Shown here piece by piece: positions 1 through 8,451 of a stretch of DNA of 64,000 bases. Under the pieces are notes generated by a model, which saw only the letters and a list, made by a program, of their open reading frames with translations, made no database searches and had not been told where the DNA came from. The DNA comes from an uncultured Methanosarcinales archaeon (GTDB lineage: Archaea > Nanobdellota > Nanobdellia > Woesearchaeales > ARS49). The translations under genes were made by a program, and so were the position numbers. The stretch lies in assembly GCA_964445485.1 (NCBI GenBank), contig CAYUPS010000002.1, forward strand, positions 102,055 through 166,054, written 5' to 3'. Every line of letters starts with the position of its first letter. Within the stretch, counting starts at the first letter, position 1.

Positions 1-1167
1 GCGCTCGACATCAGGGGCATCCTCGAGAGGGACATCGGCGTGCTCTCGGGCGGCGAGCTCCAGCGGGTCGCCATCGCCGCAGCGGCGCTGCGCAAAGCGA
101 ACCTGTACATCTTCGACGAGCCCACCAGCTTCCTCGACATCAAGCAGCGCATCGAGGTCAGCAAATTCATCCAGTCGCTCGCGACACCCGACGTCGCCGT
201 GCTCGTCGTCGACCATGACCTGATCATCCTCGATGCGATGACTGACCTGATCCATATCGTATATGGCCAGGAGCGCGTCTACGGCATCACGTCCCTGCCG
301 AAGGCGACGCGCACAGGCATCAACACGTACCTCTCAGGATTCATACGCGATGAGAACATGCGCTTCCGCGACAGCGCCATCACCTTCACCGGCCGACCGA
401 AGAACGCGGTGTCGAAGAACGCGCCCGACCTCATCGGCTGGAAACCTCTCGCGAAGAAGCAGGGCGGTTTCGGCCTCGCAACAGGCGACGGCAAGCTGCG
501 CAAGGGCGAGAGCCTCGGCATCGTCGGAGAGAACGGCATCGGCAAAACGACCTTCGTGAAAATCCTCGCCGGCGCCCTCAAACCAGATGACGGCAGCATA
601 GCCGGAAGCGCCAAAGTCAGCTACAAACCGCAATACATCGACACCACGAGCGACGAGATCGCTGCGATCGCGCTGCAGAACGCCATCGGACGCTACGAAG
701 CGCAGATCATCCGGCCTCTTGACATCAAACCGCTCCTGCAAAAGCAGCTCAACACCCTCTCGGGCGGCGAGCTCCAGAGGGTATCGATAGCGCACGCGCT
801 CTCCCAGGACGCGGACATCTTCCTCCTCGACGAGCCTTCAGCGTATCTCGACGTCGAGCAGCGCCTGGTCGTCGCCAAAGTCATACGCGATGTCGCCGAG
901 AGCCGCGGCTGCGCAATCCTCGTCGTCGACCACGATCTCATGTTCCTCGAATACCTCTCCGAACGGCTGATGGTCTTCGAAGGTAAGCCGGGGAAGAGCG
1001 GCGCGGCGCTCGGCCCGTTCGAGATGGAAGAAGGCATGAACAGGTTCCTGCGCGCGCTCGAGATCACGCTGCGGCGCGACAAGGAGAGCATGCGGCCGCG
1101 CATCAACAAGCCCGGATCGCGGCTCGATCGCGAGCAGCGCGAGACAGGAAAACTCTATTATTCGTGA
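1..1167 (+). CDS. rli: ABCE1/RLI ribosome recycling ATPase (5'-truncated by window edge)
   Basis: Two ABC domains: LSGGELQR twice, GENGIGKTT, DEPS; C-terminal RPRINKPGSRLDREQ. Confidence 0.95.
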   Translation, partial: ALDIRGILERDIGVLSGGELQRVAIAAAALRKANLYIFDEPTSFLDIKQRIEVSKFIQSLATPDVAVLVVDHDLIILDAMTDLIHIVYGQERVYGITSLPKATRTGINTYLSGFIRDENMRFRDSAITFTGRPKNAVSKNAPDLIGWKPLAKKQGGFGLATGDGKLRKGESLGIVGENGIGKTTFVKILAGALKPDDGSIAGSAKVSYKPQYIDTTSDEIAAIALQNAIGRYEAQIIRPLDIKPLLQKQLNTLSGGELQRVSIAHALSQDADIFLLDEPSAYLDVEQRLVVAKVIRDVAESRGCAILVVDHDLMFLEYLSERLMVFEGKPGKSGAALGPFEMEEGMNRFLRALEITLRRDKESMRPRINKPGSRLDREQRETGKLYYS

Positions 1168-1170
1168 ATA

Positions 1171-1950
1171 TCACTTCTGGACGCGGCGGACGAATGTCAG
1201 GAACGCGGTGTGGCCGAGCTCGATGCATTTCGGATGCGTCGCCTTGCCGTTCACGTCCCAGAGCCGCTCGAGTATCTCGACGGTCTTCCTGATCTGCAAT
1301 CGCGCGTCTGCCTTGGCCGTTTCGACGAATTCTATCGCCTGCGTGATGCTCGGGCTGTAGCTGACGATGTAGCCGCCGACTTTGACCGCCGCAGCGGCGT
1401 GCGGCAGCGCTTTCCACGGCTCGGGAACATCGAGCAGGATGAGATCCGCACCCGTCTCCTCAAGAGGTTCGTAGAGGGATGCGCGCTTGAGCGTGATGTT
1501 CGAGAGGCCCAGCGACGCCCAGTTCTCCTGCGAGACTGCGGCGTGATCATCGCGGATCTCATAGCTGATGACGCTCTTGCTGATGCGCGCGAAGAACGCG
1601 CCCGAGTGGCCTGATCCAGAGCCTCCTTCGATGACGACGCTGTCCTTGCCGATGCCGGTCTCGGCGGCGATGATGCCGAGGTCCTTGAGCGTCATTGATT
1701 GCGGGAGCTTTGGCAGGCGGCGGTAGAGATCGATAGGCTGCGCGGAGTAGACGATGAACTCCTTGTCGGTCTTGCTCTTGATGACGCTGCCGTCGGGTGA
1801 GGCGAGCGCGTCCTTGGGGATGACGCCGTCAGATGTGCCGAAGTCTTTCGAGGAGTCTGTCACGAAGTATTCATGCTGTTTGACGACTTGGCGCATGCGG
1901 CCGTCGACCTCTTCCTTGCGGCCGCGGCGCAGCAGTATCTTGGGATTCAT
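1171..1950 (-). CDS. trmI: tRNA (adenine-N1)-methyltransferase TrmI/GCD14 family
   Basis: EGGSGSG SAM motif, LDVPEPW, HTAFLTF; start placed at ATG 1950 (MNPKILL). Confidence 0.9.
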   Translation of the reverse strand: MNPKILLRRGRKEEVDGRMRQVVKQHEYFVTDSSKDFGTSDGVIPKDALASPDGSVIKSKTDKEFIVYSAQPIDLYRRLPKLPQSMTLKDLGIIAAETGIGKDSVVIEGGSGSGHSGAFFARISKSVISYEIRDDHAAVSQENWASLGLSNITLKRASLYEPLEETGADLILLDVPEPWKALPHAAAAVKVGGYIVSYSPSITQAIEFVETAKADARLQIRKTVEILERLWDVNGKATHPKCIELGHTAFLTFVRRVQK

Positions 1951-1972
1951 AAACGGCCTAGCCGAGGGCGCT

Positions 1973-2584
1973 TTAAAAAGGTTGACGCACGGCCCCGATA
2001 TCGGAGAGCACTGCGGCGACAGCCGCATCCAGGCACTGCGGCGTGCCTGCATTGAGGAGGACGTACTGCGCGTATTTCGTTTTCTCTTCCTGCGGCAGCT
2101 GCGCAGCAATCCGCAGGTCGATCTCTGCGTCGGAGAGCCCCCTGCCGCGCAACCGTGTCCGCTGCGTCGGCGGCGGCGCGGTGACGACAGCGAGCGCGTC
2201 GTAGAACCGCCTGACAGGATATCCCTGGCGCATCGCCTCGACGATCTGCGCGGCCTCCCAGACGAAGACTCCCCTGCAGGCGTCCGCTCGCAGGCGCACC
2301 TCGTCGAAGACGAACGGCCACACGATCGCCTCGAGCGCGCGCTTCGATTCGGCATCCGCGAAGACTGCCGCGGCGAGCCTCTTGCGGTCGAAGGATCCGT
2401 CATCGAGAACCGCGTCGGGAAAGCGTCCTGAGAGCAGTGAGTATGCGGGATGGGCGGGATCGAAACAGCGATGCCCGAGCCTGTCCGCGTCGACCGCGAC
2501 AGCCCCATGGCGGGCGAAGCATGCGGCAGCGGCGCTCTTGCCGCACCCGATGTTGCCGGTGAGCGCGAGGGTGTATGAGGCCAT
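1973..2584 (-). CDS. coaE: Dephospho-CoA kinase (bacterial CoaE type)
   Basis: LTGNIGCGKS P-loop, DADRLGH, FDRKRLAAAVF, RIAAQLP. Confidence 0.85.
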   Translation of the reverse strand: MASYTLALTGNIGCGKSAAAACFARHGAVAVDADRLGHRCFDPAHPAYSLLSGRFPDAVLDDGSFDRKRLAAAVFADAESKRALEAIVWPFVFDEVRLRADACRGVFVWEAAQIVEAMRQGYPVRRFYDALAVVTAPPPTQRTRLRGRGLSDAEIDLRIAAQLPQEEKTKYAQYVLLNAGTPQCLDAAVAAVLSDIGAVRQPF

Positions 2585-2596
2585 GAAGGAAAAAAG

Positions 2597-2669
2597 AGCG
2601 GAGGGAGGGACTCGAACCCTCGATTAATCGGGTTGCAGCCGATCGCCTTTGCCGCTTGGCCACCTCCGC
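2597..2669 (-). tRNA. tRNA-Cys(GCA)
   Basis: Cloverleaf GCGGAGG...CCTCCGCT; anticodon arm ATCGG-CTGCAAC-CCGAT; GGTTCGAGTCC T arm; CCA not encoded. Confidence 0.95.
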
Positions 2670-2674
2670 AGTGT

Positions 2675-2740
2675 TACGGCATCGACGGAAGAGAACCCGT
2701 GCAGGCACGGGGGCTGCACCCTCCCGATTGACCGGCATCC
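2675..2740 (-). ncRNA. Structured RNA upstream of tRNA-Cys; candidate truncated 5S-rRNA-like element
   Basis: Helix CGGGAGGG/CTCTTCCG enclosing hairpin CCCGTG-CCTG-CACGGG; begins at the expected TSS of the promoter at 2757-2770. Confidence 0.4.
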
Positions 2741-2756
2741 GCAGATGGCGCGCGTG

Positions 2757-2770
2757 TTATAAGGCTTTCG
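2757..2770 (-). promoter_or_regulatory. BRE-TATA promoter for the ncRNA/tRNA-Cys transcript
   Basis: Minus strand CGAAAGCCTTATAA. Confidence 0.7.
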
Positions 2771-2771
2771 G

Positions 2772-3155
2772 TCATGCGGCATCGTCGGGCCAGCGCTCAT
2801 GACTGCGCAGGAACGACGCGAGACCCTCGATCTCGCGGACTGCCGTGAGCCGAAAGAGCGTCTCGCGCAGACGGACATCGATGCGGACGCCCATCTGCGA
2901 CAATTGCCCCTTGAGCTTCGAGAATAGCATCCTGCCCTCGCGGTCGAGGTCGGTGAGGAGCGCCACATCCTTTGCTTTCGCGGCTATCCGCTCCGCGACT
3001 TTGTAGAGCGGCGCCTTGCCAAGCGACATGACATGCGTGATGCCGAGGGACTTGAGCGACGCCGCGTCTTTCCGCCCCTCGACAACGACAAGAGTGTCAC
3101 GCTCGCGCAGGCGATCGATCTCCTTCCGGATCGCCTCGATGTCCTCCCGCCTCAT
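2772..3155 (-). CDS. Small TOPRIM-domain protein (RNase M5/COG1658-like)
   Basis: VVVEGRKD and LLTDLDREG TOPRIM motifs; 127 aa from ATG 3155. Confidence 0.85.
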   Translation of the reverse strand: MRREDIEAIRKEIDRLRERDTLVVVEGRKDAASLKSLGITHVMSLGKAPLYKVAERIAAKAKDVALLTDLDREGRMLFSKLKGQLSQMGVRIDVRLRETLFRLTAVREIEGLASFLRSHERWPDDAA

Positions 3156-3201
3156 GCAACAATTATATATACTGAGCGCCGTAATAAAGATGTGGGGGAC
3201 A

Positions 3202-4605
3202 ATGGCCATCTCTATCAGTGATAGGCTTCGCTGGTACAAGCGAGACGACGTGCAGGACGCGCTCGTTGGCTTCGCCGAAGACGCCGAGATCGCGGTCAAG
3301 TACGGCGACAAGGGGTTCGGCAAGCGGCCCGACGTGCTGCTGCGGCCGGCGGACGTCCTCGCGTTCGCCCAGCAGGGAGCGACCAGCTTCCACTGCTCAG
3401 AGGAGCGGTGGGTCGACCCGCAGCGCATCGTGACGGGCATGGCGCGGCGCGAGCTCGATGATCTGCGCAAGTCATGGGATCTCATCCTCGATATCGACTG
3501 CCCGCTCCTCGAGTACTCCGCGATCGCCGCGGATGTCCTCGTTCACGCGCTGCGCCACATGGGCATCCAGAGCCTCACTGCGAAATTCTCAGGCAATCAC
3601 GGCTTCCACATCGCCGTGCCGTTCGAGGCGTTCCCAGACACCGTGCAGGGCGTGCCGACGCAGCAGCTCTTCCCTGAAGGGCCGCGGAAGATCGCCGCAT
3701 ACCTCAAATCGATGATGCGCCCCGTCCTCGCGCGGGAGATGCTCGCCTACCAGCCGGTGACGGCGATAGCGGGCGCGCTCAAGATGCCGCTGCAGGAAGT
3801 CGCGCCCGGCGGCGCATTCGACCCGTTCAAGGTGCTCGAGATCGATACCGTCCTCATCGCGAGCAGGCATCTGTACCGAATGTGCTACAGCTTCAACGAG
3901 AAGAGCGGCCTGCTCTCGCTCCCCGTCGACACACGCAGGATGCGCGAGTTCGATAAGGGGAGCGCGACGCCTGATCGCGCGGCGGTCGGCGAGCAGGTGT
4001 TCCTCGTCAGGAAAGGGGCGGACAGGGGCGAGGCCAAGAAGCTCATCCTCCAGGCATTCGACACGGACGCCGAACATGTCGAGCGCAAGCGCATCGTCGA
4101 GGACCAGCGCGCGACAGCCGTCAGGCAGGACAGGACGTTCGACGAGGTCATCACCAAGATCCCGGAGCACTGCTTCCCGCCCTGCATCAAGCAGCACATC
4201 TCGGCAGGGCTCAAGGACGGCAAGAAACGGGCTGTCTTCATCCTCATCAACTTCCTCCAATCCGCCGGGTGGGACGCTCCCGACATCGAGGCCTGGCTGC
4301 GCGAGTGGAACAAGCGCAATCCCGAGCCGCTGCGCGAGCAGGATCTCGTCGGGCCGCTGCGCTACCACAAAGGCCAGAAGAAGACGCTGCCGCCCAACTG
4401 CGCCAACGAGGCGTACTACAAATCGCTCGGCGTGTGCCACCCCGACGGGCTGTGCGCCAAGATCAAGAACCCCGTCAATTACGCCATCGTCAAGCAGCGC
4501 ATGCTCGCGAACGAGCAGCCCGCCCGGAAGAAGAAGGATTCTCGGGCAGAAACGCCGAAACAGCTGCCGCAGGCGACCCAATCCTCCGACGAGAGCAAAG
4601 AATAG
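3202..4605 (+). CDS. Fused DNA primase PriS-PriL
   Basis: AEP motifs LILDID and KFSGNHGFH; C-terminal PriL Fe-S-like domain FPPCI...PPNC...C...C..IKNPVNY. Confidence 0.9.
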   Translation: MAISISDRLRWYKRDDVQDALVGFAEDAEIAVKYGDKGFGKRPDVLLRPADVLAFAQQGATSFHCSEERWVDPQRIVTGMARRELDDLRKSWDLILDIDCPLLEYSAIAADVLVHALRHMGIQSLTAKFSGNHGFHIAVPFEAFPDTVQGVPTQQLFPEGPRKIAAYLKSMMRPVLAREMLAYQPVTAIAGALKMPLQEVAPGGAFDPFKVLEIDTVLIASRHLYRMCYSFNEKSGLLSLPVDTRRMREFDKGSATPDRAAVGEQVFLVRKGADRGEAKKLILQAFDTDAEHVERKRIVEDQRATAVRQDRTFDEVITKIPEHCFPPCIKQHISAGLKDGKKRAVFILINFLQSAGWDAPDIEAWLREWNKRNPEPLREQDLVGPLRYHKGQKKTLPPNCANEAYYKSLGVCHPDGLCAKIKNPVNYAIVKQRMLANEQPARKKKDSRAETPKQLPQATQSSDESKE

Positions 4606-4635
4606 CTCCCTCGGGCGTTTTCGTCACCACTAGGT

Positions 4636-4647
4636 AACCTTTATAAA
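4636..4647 (+). promoter_or_regulatory. BRE-TATA promoter of the ribosomal superoperon
   Basis: AACCTTTATAAA; the identical 12-mer precedes RNase P RNA (49725) and the uS13 operon (51829). Confidence 0.75.
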
Positions 4648-4672
4648 CAGCGTGAAACTCCCGCCCCCATTC

Positions 4673-4753
4673 GGGTCAGCTAGCCTGAGAAGAAGCTTTT
4701 CAGTACACGCTGTGGAAGCGGCTTTTTGGAAGCTTCGCAAGAGGCTCTGATCC
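4673..4753 (+). promoter_or_regulatory. Structured 5' leader of the uL3 operon (candidate r-leader)
   Basis: Closing helix GGGTCAG/CTGATCC with internal hairpins including AGCTTC-GCAA-GAGGCT. Confidence 0.55.
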
Positions 4754-4786
4754 TTACCAAGAAGATAGGAACAAGGACAGGAAACT

Positions 4787-5764
4787 ATGCCACGCACGAG
4801 ATCGCCCCGTCGGGGTTCGATGCAGTATTGGCCACGCGTCCGCGCAGCCCGCGAGCACGCGCGCGTCCGCGCCTTCGCGCCTCTCAAGGAAGCGAAGCCT
4901 CTCCTCTTCGCCGGCTACAAAGCAGGCATGACCCACGTCATTCTCACCGAGAACCGCGCCAATTCCCCGAGCAAGGGAGCGCAAGTCGCGATGCCGGTCA
5001 CCGTCATCGAGTGCCCGCCCATCCGAGTCTTCGGCGCCGTCGCGTACACCAAGGACGCCTACGGCAAGAAGATCAGCATGACCGTCCTCGACGCCAAGCA
5101 TGACAAGGATCTCGCCCGCGTCATGCCTCTCCCGAAGAAGCACAAGCACACCCTCGATTCCATCAAGCCGGATTCCATCTCCGAACTCCATCTCCTCGTC
5201 CACACCCAGCCGCGCCTGACCGGCATCGGCAAGAAGGCCCCCGAGGTCTTCGAGGTGCCTATCGGCGGCGCGACCGCCGACCAGATCGCCTACGCCAAGA
5301 CCGCGCTCGGCAAGGACCTCACCGTCAAAGACTTCTTCACCGTCGGCATGCAAGTCGACACGCACGCGATCACGACAGGCAAAGGAACGCAGGGTCCCGT
5401 CAAGAGATTCGGCGTCGCGCTCCGCTCCCACAAGGCGGAGAAGACCAAGAGAGGCCCGGGTTCCCTCGGTCCCTGGCCCAACGCCCGCACGATGCGCGTC
5501 GCCCACCTCGGCCAGATGGGCTACCACACACGCACCGAGCGCAACAAAGTCGTGCTGCAGATCGGCGACGACCCCAAGCAGGTCACGCCCGCCGGCGGCT
5601 TCATCGGTTTCGGCGCCGTCCGCAACGGCTACATCCTTCTCCACGGCAGCATCAGCGGTCCGAAGAAACGCCTGATCAAGTTCACGCGCGCCGCCCTGCC
5701 CAACAAGCATTTCATCACGCAAGCTCCCACGATCAGCACCATCAGCAAGATCTCGCAGCAGTGA
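4787..5764 (+). CDS. rpl3: 50S ribosomal protein uL3
   Basis: PRRGSMQYWPR, FAGYKAGMTH, GKGTQGPVKRFG. Confidence 0.97.
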   Translation: MPRTRSPRRGSMQYWPRVRAAREHARVRAFAPLKEAKPLLFAGYKAGMTHVILTENRANSPSKGAQVAMPVTVIECPPIRVFGAVAYTKDAYGKKISMTVLDAKHDKDLARVMPLPKKHKHTLDSIKPDSISELHLLVHTQPRLTGIGKKAPEVFEVPIGGATADQIAYAKTALGKDLTVKDFFTVGMQVDTHAITTGKGTQGPVKRFGVALRSHKAEKTKRGPGSLGPWPNARTMRVAHLGQMGYHTRTERNKVVLQIGDDPKQVTPAGGFIGFGAVRNGYILLHGSISGPKKRLIKFTRAALPNKHFITQAPTISTISKISQQ

Positions 5765-5768
5765 CACT

Positions 5769-6581
5769 ATGAGCAACCTCACCGTACTGGACAGCAAGGG
5801 AAGCGCGGCCGGAACAGTCAAGCTCCCGCAGCAGTTCACCGAGCCCGTGCGCGCCGACCTCATCAAGCGCGCCGTCCACGCAGTGTGGAGCCATGACCGC
5901 CAGCCCTACGGCGCAGACCCCCGCGCCGGCAAGAAGGCCGCGCAGAAGCTCAGCAAGCGCCGCCGTGACTACAAAGGAATGTACGGCCAAGGCATCTCAC
6001 GCACACCCCGCAAAATCATGTCGCGCAACGGCACCAACATGAACTGGGTCGGCGCGTTCGCGCCCAACACCGTCGGAGGCCGCAAGGCGCACCCGCCAAA
6101 AGCGAGCAAGATCTGGGCGCAGAAGATCAATGTCAAGGAGCGCCGCAAGGCGATCCGTTCCGCTCTGGCCGCGACCCTCGTCGCGGACCTCGTCAAAGAC
6201 AGGGGCCACCGCGTCCCCGCCAAGTACCCCTTCGCCCTCGCCGCAGACACAGAGAAGCTCCAGCACACCGCCGACGTGGCCAAGCTGTTCGCTCTCCTCG
6301 GCCTCGACGCAGAGCTCGCGCGCACCGCCAATGAAGGCGTCCGCGCAGGCCGCGGCAAGATGCGCGGCCGCCGCGCAAAGAAACGCGCAGGCCCGCTCCT
6401 GGTCGTCTCGGGAAAATGCCCGCTCGCCCACGCCGCCCGCAACATCCCCGGCGTCGACGTCGCTGACGTTCGCCGCCTCAACGCAGCGATGCTCGCCCCC
6501 GGCGCGCACCCCGCACGCCTGACTATCTTCACCGACAAGGCCATCGAAGTGCTGGCCAAAGAGCACCTCTACGGCGCATGA
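5769..6581 (+). CDS. rpl4: 50S ribosomal protein uL4
   Basis: RADLIKRAV, TVGGRKAHPPK, LAPGAHPARL. Confidence 0.97.
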   Translation: MSNLTVLDSKGSAAGTVKLPQQFTEPVRADLIKRAVHAVWSHDRQPYGADPRAGKKAAQKLSKRRRDYKGMYGQGISRTPRKIMSRNGTNMNWVGAFAPNTVGGRKAHPPKASKIWAQKINVKERRKAIRSALAATLVADLVKDRGHRVPAKYPFALAADTEKLQHTADVAKLFALLGLDAELARTANEGVRAGRGKMRGRRAKKRAGPLLVVSGKCPLAHAARNIPGVDVADVRRLNAAMLAPGAHPARLTIFTDKAIEVLAKEHLYGA

Positions 6582-6856
6582 AGAAACACGACATCATCAA
6601 CGACCCGTACCTGGTCATCAAACACCCGCTCGCGACAGAGAAATCCATCCGCCAGATGGAAGCGAACAACACGCTCGGCTTCGCCGTCGACCCCCGCGCG
6701 AACAAGGTCCAGATCAAGAGCGCGGTCGAACAGGCGTTCAAGGTCAAGGTCGTCAAGGTCAACACGCTCGTTGTCGGCGGCGACAAGCATGCATACGTCA
6801 AATTCCACAAGGACTCGCCCGCAATCGATGTGGCGACAGCATTGGGGCTGATGTGA
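6578..6856 (+). CDS. rpl23: 50S ribosomal protein uL23
   Basis: IKHPLATEKS, KVNTL; operon position. Confidence 0.95.
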   Translation: MKKHDIINDPYLVIKHPLATEKSIRQMEANNTLGFAVDPRANKVQIKSAVEQAFKVKVVKVNTLVVGGDKHAYVKFHKDSPAIDVATALGLM

Positions 6857-6857
6857 T

Positions 6858-7571
6858 ATGGGTAAGAACCTCATCCAGCAAGCACGCGGCAGAGGCGGAC
6901 CGAGATACCTCGCGCCCAGCTTCCGCTACCTGGGCGAGGCCAAGCTGCCCGAGAGGAAGGCGACGCTGCAGAACGGCCGCATCCTCGACATCCTCAACTG
7001 CCCCGGCCACTTCGCGCCGCTCCTGCAGGTCAAATTCGACGACGGCTCGACCGTCCTCCACATCGCCCCGGACGGCGTCCGCGTCGGCGACAGGATCAGC
7101 GCAGGCCCGGGCGCCGCGGTCAAGCCAGGCAACGTCCTTACGCTGCGCGAGATCCCCGAAGGCCAGCCTATATACAATCTGGAGATGCGGCCAGGCGACT
7201 GCGGCAAGATCTGCCGCGTGCCCGGCATGGCGACATACATCGTGGCCAAGACCGCCGATGCCGCCATCGTCATGATGCCCTCCAAGAAGGAGCGCGAATT
7301 CAGCCTCGACTGCAGGGCCGCCATCGGCCTCATCGCGGGCGCTGGCCGTCTCGACAAACCGTTCCTCAAGGCAGGCATGAGGCACTTCGCCAAGAAGGCC
7401 CGCAACAAGAGATACCCCATGATCACCGGCGCGGCGCAGAACGCCGTCGACCATCCGTTCGGCAACAAGCGCACGTCCCGCAAGGCCAAGCAGAAGGCCG
7501 CATCGCGCTTCGCGCCGCCTGGACGCAAGGTCGGCAAGATCGCGCCCCGCAGAACAGGAAGGAAGAAGTGA
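6858..7571 (+). CDS. rpl2: 50S ribosomal protein uL2
   Basis: MGKNLIQQARGRG, NAVDHPFG, PPGRKVGKIAPRRTG. Confidence 0.97.
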   Translation: MGKNLIQQARGRGGPRYLAPSFRYLGEAKLPERKATLQNGRILDILNCPGHFAPLLQVKFDDGSTVLHIAPDGVRVGDRISAGPGAAVKPGNVLTLREIPEGQPIYNLEMRPGDCGKICRVPGMATYIVAKTADAAIVMMPSKKEREFSLDCRAAIGLIAGAGRLDKPFLKAGMRHFAKKARNKRYPMITGAAQNAVDHPFGNKRTSRKAKQKAASRFAPPGRKVGKIAPRRTGRKK

Positions 7572-7577
7572 GGACAC

Positions 7578-7961
7578 ATGGTACAAAAAGAATTCCGCTT
7601 CAGGGGAAAGACGTTCGAGGACATCGCCAAGCTCGATGTCCGCGAATTCGCCCTGCTCCTGCCAGCGCGCGAGAGGCGCAGCCTCATGCACGGCATGAGC
7701 CACCCCGCCCAGAAACTCCTCAAGCACATCAAGGACGGCAAGAAGAAACTGCGCACCCACGCCCGAGACATGGTCATCCTGCCCTCCATGGTCGGCTGCC
7801 TCATCCATATCCACTCCGGCAAGGACTGGGTGCCCATCACTGTCGACAAGGACATGATCGGCCACCGCCTCGGAGAATTCGCAATCACGACCAAGAGAGT
7901 CGAGCACAGCGCACCAGGTATCGGCGCGACGCGGTCATCCGCTGCGCTGTCGGTGAGGTAA
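7578..7961 (+). CDS. rps19: 30S ribosomal protein uS19
   Basis: RTHARDMVILPSMVG, MIGHRLGEF. Confidence 0.97.
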   Translation: MVQKEFRFRGKTFEDIAKLDVREFALLLPARERRSLMHGMSHPAQKLLKHIKDGKKKLRTHARDMVILPSMVGCLIHIHSGKDWVPITVDKDMIGHRLGEFAITTKRVEHSAPGIGATRSSAALSVR

Positions 7962-7965
7962 ACTC

Positions 7966-8451
7966 ATGAGCTCCCACGGATACGCCACTGTCATCGGCGA
8001 GAAGGAAGCGTGCGCGGTCGGCCGCCACCTGCCCATCTCCCGCAAGCAGAGCATCGAGGTCGCTGCATACATCCGCGGCAGGCCTCTCGCGTGGGCAAAG
8101 AAACACCTCGAAGAGGTCACCGAGGGCGAACGCGCCATCCCGTTCCGCAGGTACACCAACGGCCTCGGCCACAAACCAGGCATGGCCGCGGGCAGGTTCC
8201 CGCAGAAGACCGCAGCGGCCATCCTGACCGTCCTCGAGAGCGCCGAAGCCAATGCGCGCCACAAGGGCCTGAATACGACATCGATGAGCGTGCGCCACAT
8301 CGTCGTCCACACCGCGCAGAAAGTGATGCGCTACGGCCGCCAAGGCAAGCATCGCGCCAAGAGGTCTCACGTTGAAGTCGTCCTGAGCGAGGGCCAGCCC
8401 GCCCCCGCAAAGAAGCAGAAGGCCGCCAAGCCGGCAGAGGAGAAGAAATGA
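7966..8451 (+). CDS. rpl22: 50S ribosomal protein uL22
   Basis: ISRKQSIEV, IPFRRY, GRFPQK. Confidence 0.95.
   Translation: MSSHGYATVIGEKEACAVGRHLPISRKQSIEVAAYIRGRPLAWAKKHLEEVTEGERAIPFRRYTNGLGHKPGMAAGRFPQKTAAAILTVLESAEANARHKGLNTTSMSVRHIVVHTAQKVMRYGRQGKHRAKRSHVEVVLSEGQPAPAKKQKAAKPAEEKK

Noticed and set aside
1951..2508. Long N-terminal extension of TrmI in the ORF track (similar extensions for the primase, RPA-like, Hjc, LeuRS and TrpRS ORFs)
   Set aside because: The extensions overlap neighbouring genes or promoters; downstream ATGs fit family lengths and TATA positions.
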